54,940 nt of DNA from Chiloscyllium plagiosum (Eukaryota). The DNA lies in the NCBI RefSeq assembly GCF_004010195.1, contig NC_057753.1, forward strand, positions 10,640,301-10,695,240. Reading direction: 5' to 3'. Below, one piece after another: positions 49,061-54,940 of this stretch; positions within the stretch are counted from its first letter, which is position 1, and the number at the start of each line of letters is the position of its first letter. A program made the translations under genes and the position numbers. The notes below the pieces were generated by a model. The model searched no databases. It was not told the origin of the DNA and worked only from the letters and a program-made list of their open reading frames with translations.

Positions 49061-50800
49061 TTCTTTGAAATGCCACTACCTAACCCTGTCATAAGTTAAA
49101 AATCACACAACACCAGGTTATAGTCCAACAGGTTTAATTGGAAGCACACTAGCTTTCAATTGTGTGAAATTCAATTTCACTAGTGTGCTTCCAATTAAAC
49201 CTGTTGGACTATAACCTGGTGTTGTGTGATTTTTAACTTTGTACACCCCAGTCCAACACCGGCATCTCTGAATCACAACCCTGTCATAATACTGTTCACA
49301 GATGGGTCCTCCTTCAGACCCTCAGACCACTGCATATTTTCAGGGTATGTTGTCCGTACCCCTTTCCTGACCCTTGAATCACTTGCGCTCACTAGAACCT
49401 GTATCATTGCGAAGGGCAGAGCAGCTAACATTTATACAGATTCCAAGTATGCTTTTGGAGTTGTACACTCTGGAATCAGAGAGAATTCATAACACCAGGC
49501 AGGCAGACCCCTCCAACACCCTGCGCTCATCTCCAACCTCCTGGAAGCGGTCCTGCTACCCTGCACTGCAGCCAATACGAAATGTGTTGCCCATATCTCT
49601 GCCACTAACCCCATTACCCGTGGGAATGTAGCAGCTGATGCGGCGGCCCGGGAAGCTGCACTAAACCCAACTATATATGTCTTGCAGGCCCCTCAGAATA
49701 TCAAAAATCCCAGATCCCCTTGACCCTATGGAAGCAGTACAAGCTGCTCAACTGGCTGCTCCACCGGAAGAGAGAGAGCGTTGGGCCCATATTGGAGCCA
49801 AACAATCACCCTCCCTGTACTTGCTGTTTCACCCTGATGGCTGCATCATCTACACAAAAGCCCACCCACATGCACTAGCTCCAGCAGCCCACGGCATTGG
49901 GCACACAGGCAAAATATGCTGTCAGACAATCCTGGTTTGCATCGGGATTCACTGCCACTGCCCACGCCCTGCTATCACAGTTCCTTATTTGCCTGCAGAA
50001 CAAGGCAGGAAGGCCAGTTGCCAGATATGACCATTTACCAGTCCCCGAGGGGCCCTTCACTAGCCTACAGGTTGACTTCACCCACGTGAACCAGAAACAG
50101 GGCTATAAATACATTCTTGTCACCGTAGGCATGTTTTCCAGATGGATGGAAGCATTCGCCACAAAGAGAAAGGACGCACGGACTGTAGTGAAATGCCTCC
50201 TATGGGATGTCATCCCCAGATTCGGTGTCCTAGGGAAGATAGAGATTGACAGGGGGACTCATTTCATTGCTACACTTACTACTGCAGTTTGCGAGGTGCT
50301 AGGGATACCAGGGAGACTCCATATCCCCTACCAACCCCAATCATCAGGCATTGTGGAATATGTGAATGGTGCTCTTAAAAACACACGAACCCAAATTACC
50401 CAGGAGACAGGACTGACCTGGCCAGGTGCCCTGCCACTAGCTCTGTATATACTACGTGAACAGGTAAACCACACAACTTTTGAAGTGCTTATGGGGCGAC
50501 TTGTGCCCACTGCCACCAGACCCCCTTAAACTGTCCACAGGCAAGGCCCTTCTCCTGACACAGGAGGCTTTACTGACTTACTGAATGGTGGCTTGCACTG
50601 AGCAGGATTATCACTTTTAACCATGACCGGGTCAGAGCTGCACTACACACACCCCAACACAAGCCACTTCACCCGTTCCAGCCTGGGGACTATGTTATGA
50701 TTAAATCACTGGAAACCGATTCTCTCTCTCCTCGGTGGAAAGGACCATTCCTGGAGATATTGACAACTCGGACAGCGGTGAAATTGAAGGAGAAATCGGA
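49061..50800 (+). pseudogene. pol: ERV pol remnant: RNase H plus integrase
   Basis: ILFTDGSS...NIYTDSKYAFGVVH (RNase H); HGIGH..C, LQVDF, IDRGTHF, PQSSGIVE, PRWKGPF (integrase); frameshifted. Confidence 0.9.
49095..49276. mobile_element. Palindromic PLE family 2 insertion inside the ERV RNase H
   Basis: 13 bp TSD aaccctgtcataa at 49082-49094 and 49277-49289; ~60 bp inverted arms. Confidence 0.85.
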
Positions 50801-50929
50801 TTGGACAAAGGCTGCAAGCGAGCCCCCCCCCCCGAAGGACACAGACCAGGAAGAGCAACAGATGACAGTTCCACACACCAAAGGAACCTTCACCCGGACT
50901 CTGACATTTACACCGCACATAACTGGGCA

Positions 50930-51367
50930 TCAGGCACAGTAATCAGACACCGTACCAGGCGGGAGTTAAAACTCAACACTTTGCTACACACGACCCGTCT
51001 CTATGCCCAGAGGATCAACCTCACCAGCTGCTGGGTTTGCGCTCACGTACCAGTACACTCGCACGGGGGCATCCCCCTCCAGCCCATTCCCTTCAACGAG
51101 TCTGAGATGGCTGAATGGTGGCTTGCACAGGACAGGTCCCCCTGAGCTGACCGCTCTAACCCTGCCACCACGACTGCATATGCTCACAGGGCAACTTCCT
51201 ACCTGGGCTCCCTGGACACGTCCCCAATTCAGGGACTGACGGTTCCCATCATAGTCATTGTTGTCATCATCACACTGCTCAGCGCCACACTAATGTTTTG
51301 CCTACTGCCTACTGCAGCTACATCTGTCTGGCCCCCTCTCACCACTCAACTGGTACAGGGCTGCTGA
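50930..51367 (+). pseudogene. env: ERV env remnant (SU N-terminus fused to TM anchor by deletion)
   Basis: RHRTRR-ELKLNTLL...NLTSCWVCAHVP (CxxC of gamma-type SU); QGLTVPIIVIVVIITLLSATLMFCLL membrane helix at 51230-51367. Confidence 0.75.
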
Positions 51368-52361
51368 ATTGATATCCCCACCATTGATCACAATTATCCA
51401 GGTTCAGACTTGGACTCCCTGAACTACCTTTTGGATGCCGAACACCTCCCCACCTGACAACCCCTTGGATCTGGCTACATTCCCCCCTTCTCATCCCTCC
51501 TTTAAAAAAACAAAAAAAAAGAGGGGAATTGTGTATCTCTGTAATCTCCCTGTGCCGAGATGTGTGGGCTGCTCCAATGCTGGCCTTTTACACATCGCCA
51601 AATTTCATTGCTCCATCATTGGTGGCTGCACCTTAAGTAGCCTCAGCCATAAGGCCTTATGTGGGAGAAAATACGGTTCCTAGCCTCCCCATGACATGGG
51701 CCACAAAACAAACAACACAAAATGTCTGCAATTATCCATTAAGCCTCAAATTGGCCAAATCAGCCGCCCCACACATCACACATACCTCAGGACATGACTC
51801 ACCCAGCCCCAGACCAAGAGAATATACTTCTTCAGATTAACTGATAATGCGCCTCCCACTCTATAATACTCCAGCCACCTCTGACGTCCTTAGGGTACAG
51901 CTGCTCCCACTAGGAGTCAAGCCTTCATCAAAGTACCCAGACAAGGAGGCACCAAAGGTACTTCGCTTGCCCCCTCAACAATACGAACACATTGATACCA
52001 GGATGAATTCCGCTAACACCTACTCCAGCCAAGGATTGGAATCTCCTGAGTCAATTAAGAAACTCAATGTCAGACACCGTAAAACTTGAATCTTTTCAAT
52101 GAATAAACTTCATTTCTCTTTGTTGTACAACTCACACCATTGTCTCATAACCCACACTTCATCGTTGTAAGGGTATAAAACTCCACTGTATTCTCTGTTT
52201 GGGGAAGAAGTTGTGGTCCCTTCTGAATAGCCTATCAGTGACTGTTTCAGTGGGGTCAAGTCTCCTGCACGATATCACTGTTTGTTAAATAAATCCTTGT
52301 CAGTTCTCAGTCCGATCTGTGTGTTTGTGATCTCTGACTGACTGGGCATAATTCTCTGACA

Positions 52362-53305
52362 TGCACCTCCCTCCCTGTCTCCCAGGTAGAGTCATCATCG
52401 TCCATTCTTTCTCTCTCTTTTCAGAAGGGCTTCAAGCAGGAAAAGGACGGGGGGGGAAGGTGGTAGGAGAATGGAGTGAGAATGGACAGAGTGGCAGAGG
52501 GTGGGGGCGAGGGGAAGAGAATTGGAGGGATGCAGAGTGAGAGAGAATGAGGGGTGCAGAGTATGGTGTGGTAGAGCATTTACAAGGGGCAGTGAGTGGG
52601 GATAGAATGTACGGGGGGCAGTGGGTTTGGGGAAAGATAGCACAAATCCCACCATCCCCAGGACTGGTGTCAGTCTCTCACAAACTGGAACCCACTCCTC
52701 CCACGGCAGACTTGGGGCAATCATTTCTCAATATACACGTATCTGAGGCAGTAGAATCATATACTCCCCACATGCCATTCGGCCCATTGAATTCACCCTG
52801 ACCATACGAATAGCATCCCACCCGCTAACCCTACAGCCCCATGGCTAACCCACCCTAACTAGCACATCCCTGGACACTTCAGCACAGCCAGTCTACCTTG
52901 AACTGCAGATCTTTGGACTGTGGGAGGAAACTGGAGCACCTGGAGGTATCTTACACAGATAAAAGGGGGCAAACGTGCCAAAGTCCACACAGACAGTTGC
53001 CTGAGGGTGAAATTGAACCTTGGTCCCTGGCGCTGTGAGGGAGAGGTGCTAACCACTGAGCCACCATGCTCCCTGAGCTTTGAGATTATGCTTTGTCTTT
53101 GTAGCTTCTAACTTCTCAAGTGCCCTCAGCAGAGGCTCTCTCCTCCTGACATTGTTGGACCACACCCACTGCAACCTCCCTTTCCCATTTCCCAGCCCTG
53201 AGCACATTGGTTCCTAAATCCTGGCAACAAACAGAGACCGATGCCATCTGGCCTCCTGCCAACTGCAGAGAACGGAGACAATCCCTGTCGCTATTCTGTC
53301 CCTTA
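52362..53305 (+). repeat. Direct segmental copy of ~44640-45600, including a minus-strand HE1 SINE
   Basis: Shared caggtagagtcatca, cacaaatcccacc, ttgtagcttctaacttctca and aggctctctc..ctcctgacattgttg blocks. Confidence 0.8.
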
Positions 53306-53329
53306 CTGAAGAGGTTTCTCCAAGGCTGT

Positions 53330-54305
53330 GCCCTCAGGTCCTAGTCTCTCCTACCAATGGAAACATCTTCCCAACGTTCACTCTGTCCAGGCTGTTCAGT
53401 ATGTTTCAATTCTATACCCCCGAGTGTGGGCCTGTTAATCAGCATGTACCAGACCCTTCAGGATGAGGTACAGCAGGGATTAGTTTCAGCAAAGTGAGAA
53501 TTGGGGGAGACTGTGTTGGATGGAGGTTTTCAGCTTTTTGGGAATGAGACAGGAAAGAAAGTTTGATAAAAATTAGAATCGATCTGGCGGGCTGATGGGC
53601 TGAGTAGTGGCAGATGGAGTTTAATTTATTTAAATGCCAGATGTTGCATTTTGTAAAGGCAATTCAGGGCAGGACTTAAGGTCTGAGGGAGTGCTGCTGA
53701 ACCAAGAAACCATGGAATGCAGGTTCACTGTTCCTGGAAAGTGGAGTCGCAGGTAGACAGGATAGTGAAGAAGGCATCTAGTACGCTTGCCTTTATTGGT
53801 CAGTGCATATGGGAGTTGGGAGGATGTTGTGGTTGTACAGGACATTCGCACTTTGGGAATACTTCATTCAGTTCTGGTCTCCATGCTGTAGGAAAGATGT
53901 GAGGAAACTTTGAAAAGGGTTGGAAAAGATTTAAAAAGCAGGTGCCCAGAATTGAAGGGTTTGAGCTATAGGGAGCTGGTTTCCCTGGAGCGTCGGGGGC
54001 TGAGGAGTGACTTTACAGAAGTTCATAAGGTGCTTGGATAGGGTGAATAGCCAAAGTCTTTTCCCCAGGGTAGGAGAGGAATGACTTGAAAGGGACCTAA
54101 AGGGTATGGAATGAGCTGCCAGATGAAGTGGTGGTGGCTTGTACAATTACAGCATTTTAAAAGGCATCTGGATGGGTGTATGAGTCAGAAGGTTTCAGAG
54201 GGATATGGGCCAAATGCTGACAATTGAGACTCGATTAATTTCGGATATCTGGTCGGTATGAACGAGTTGGATCAAAGGGTCTGTTTCCGTGCAGTATGAC
54301 TCTAA
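53330..54305 (+). mobile_element. CR1 fragments plus a segment paralogous to ~9200-10000
   Basis: Shared ggcctgttaatcagcatg..cttcaggatgaggtacagcagggattag block, then the CR1 3' end. Confidence 0.7.
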
Positions 54306-54837
54306 TCGTCTTCAGTGAAAGCAGAAGTGTTATTGTTATTTGTATTTAAAGATGTTTTGCCCTCACTGGGAGCAGAAGAAGTGACAATGAAATCTTTCAT
54401 TTGTGAGACAGCAACTGAGGAATGAGAATGTCCGGGAATTTGGTGGAAAGTGGGTATTCATTGCACTGTGGGTTGAAGTGCTTTAGGGTTTACCAGCAAT
54501 AAGTAAAGTGTGCTAGGCGGGGAGCCTAGTGAAGGGTTTGACGGGTTTTTGAGTTAAACTGCTCATTTTTTTCAGCTTCCAACATTGTATTTCCAATGCT
54601 GTCCATCAGAAGGAGCAGCGAATCAGTAACTGGTATCGTTAGAAGCCTTACCATTTTCACGACTGCAGGTATTGCATTGTTTCACCAGTGTTGTTACGTT
54701 TACTGGCAGCACAGGGAGGTGGGGGTTGTGTTCACGAGAAACGATTAAGCAGTTAGATAACAGATGCTGGAAACCAGATTCTGGATTAGTGATGCTAGAA
54801 GAGCACAGCAGTTCAGGCAGCATCCGAGGAGCTTCGA

Positions 54838-54873
54838 AATCGACGTTTCGGGCAAAAGCCCTTCATCAGGAAT
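54838..54873 (-). ncRNA. Minimal hammerhead motif (family 1) in a PLE pLTR (~54760-54940)
   Basis: Reverse strand reads auuc-CUGAUGA-a-GGGC-uuuu-GCCC-GAAAC-GUC-gauu. Confidence 0.75.
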
Positions 54874-54940
54874 AAAGGCAGAGAGCCTGGAGTGTGGAGA
54901 GATAAGCTAGAGGAGGGTGGGGGTGGGGAGAAAGTAGCAT

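Larger units (their letters stand above)
48714..52361 (+). mobile_element. Internally deleted class I (gamma/epsilon-like) endogenous retrovirus
   Basis: Truncated 5' LTR 48714-49060; pol and env remnants; PPT at ~51504-51528; 3' LTR 51660-52361 (TGTGGGAGAA...TTCTCTGACA, TATAAAA 52174, AATAAA 52288). Confidence 0.9.

Overview
Vertebrate genomic DNA, inferred to be shark/elasmobranch from its HE1-type SINEs and its CR1, Penelope, L1, L2 and Rex-Babar LINEs. It has two N gaps. The window is a repeat-dense cluster of C2H2 zinc-finger (ZNF) genes with no visible KRAB, SCAN or BTB domain, built from an old ~45 kb inverted segmental duplication centred near 25.8 kb. Two genes look intact: type A (12 fingers, 2678-3703 +) and type B (11 fingers, 37431-36424 -). 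Each has a broken paralogue on the opposite arm, and there are several more ZNF relics. Two CpG-island promoter/first-exon modules are visible. Other content: an internally deleted class I endogenous retrovirus (RNase H, integrase, env remnants), three solo LTRs (one 1.5 kb with a possible decayed U3 ORF), and many Penelope-derived elements. The strongest unannotated signals are (1) minimal hammerhead ribozyme motifs of two families inside the Penelope termini, and (2) at least four short locally templated insertions, two of which copy zinc-finger coding pieces into nearby repeats. I cannot show a wholly new system from sequence alone. All alignments were done by eye, so most repeat boundaries are approximate.
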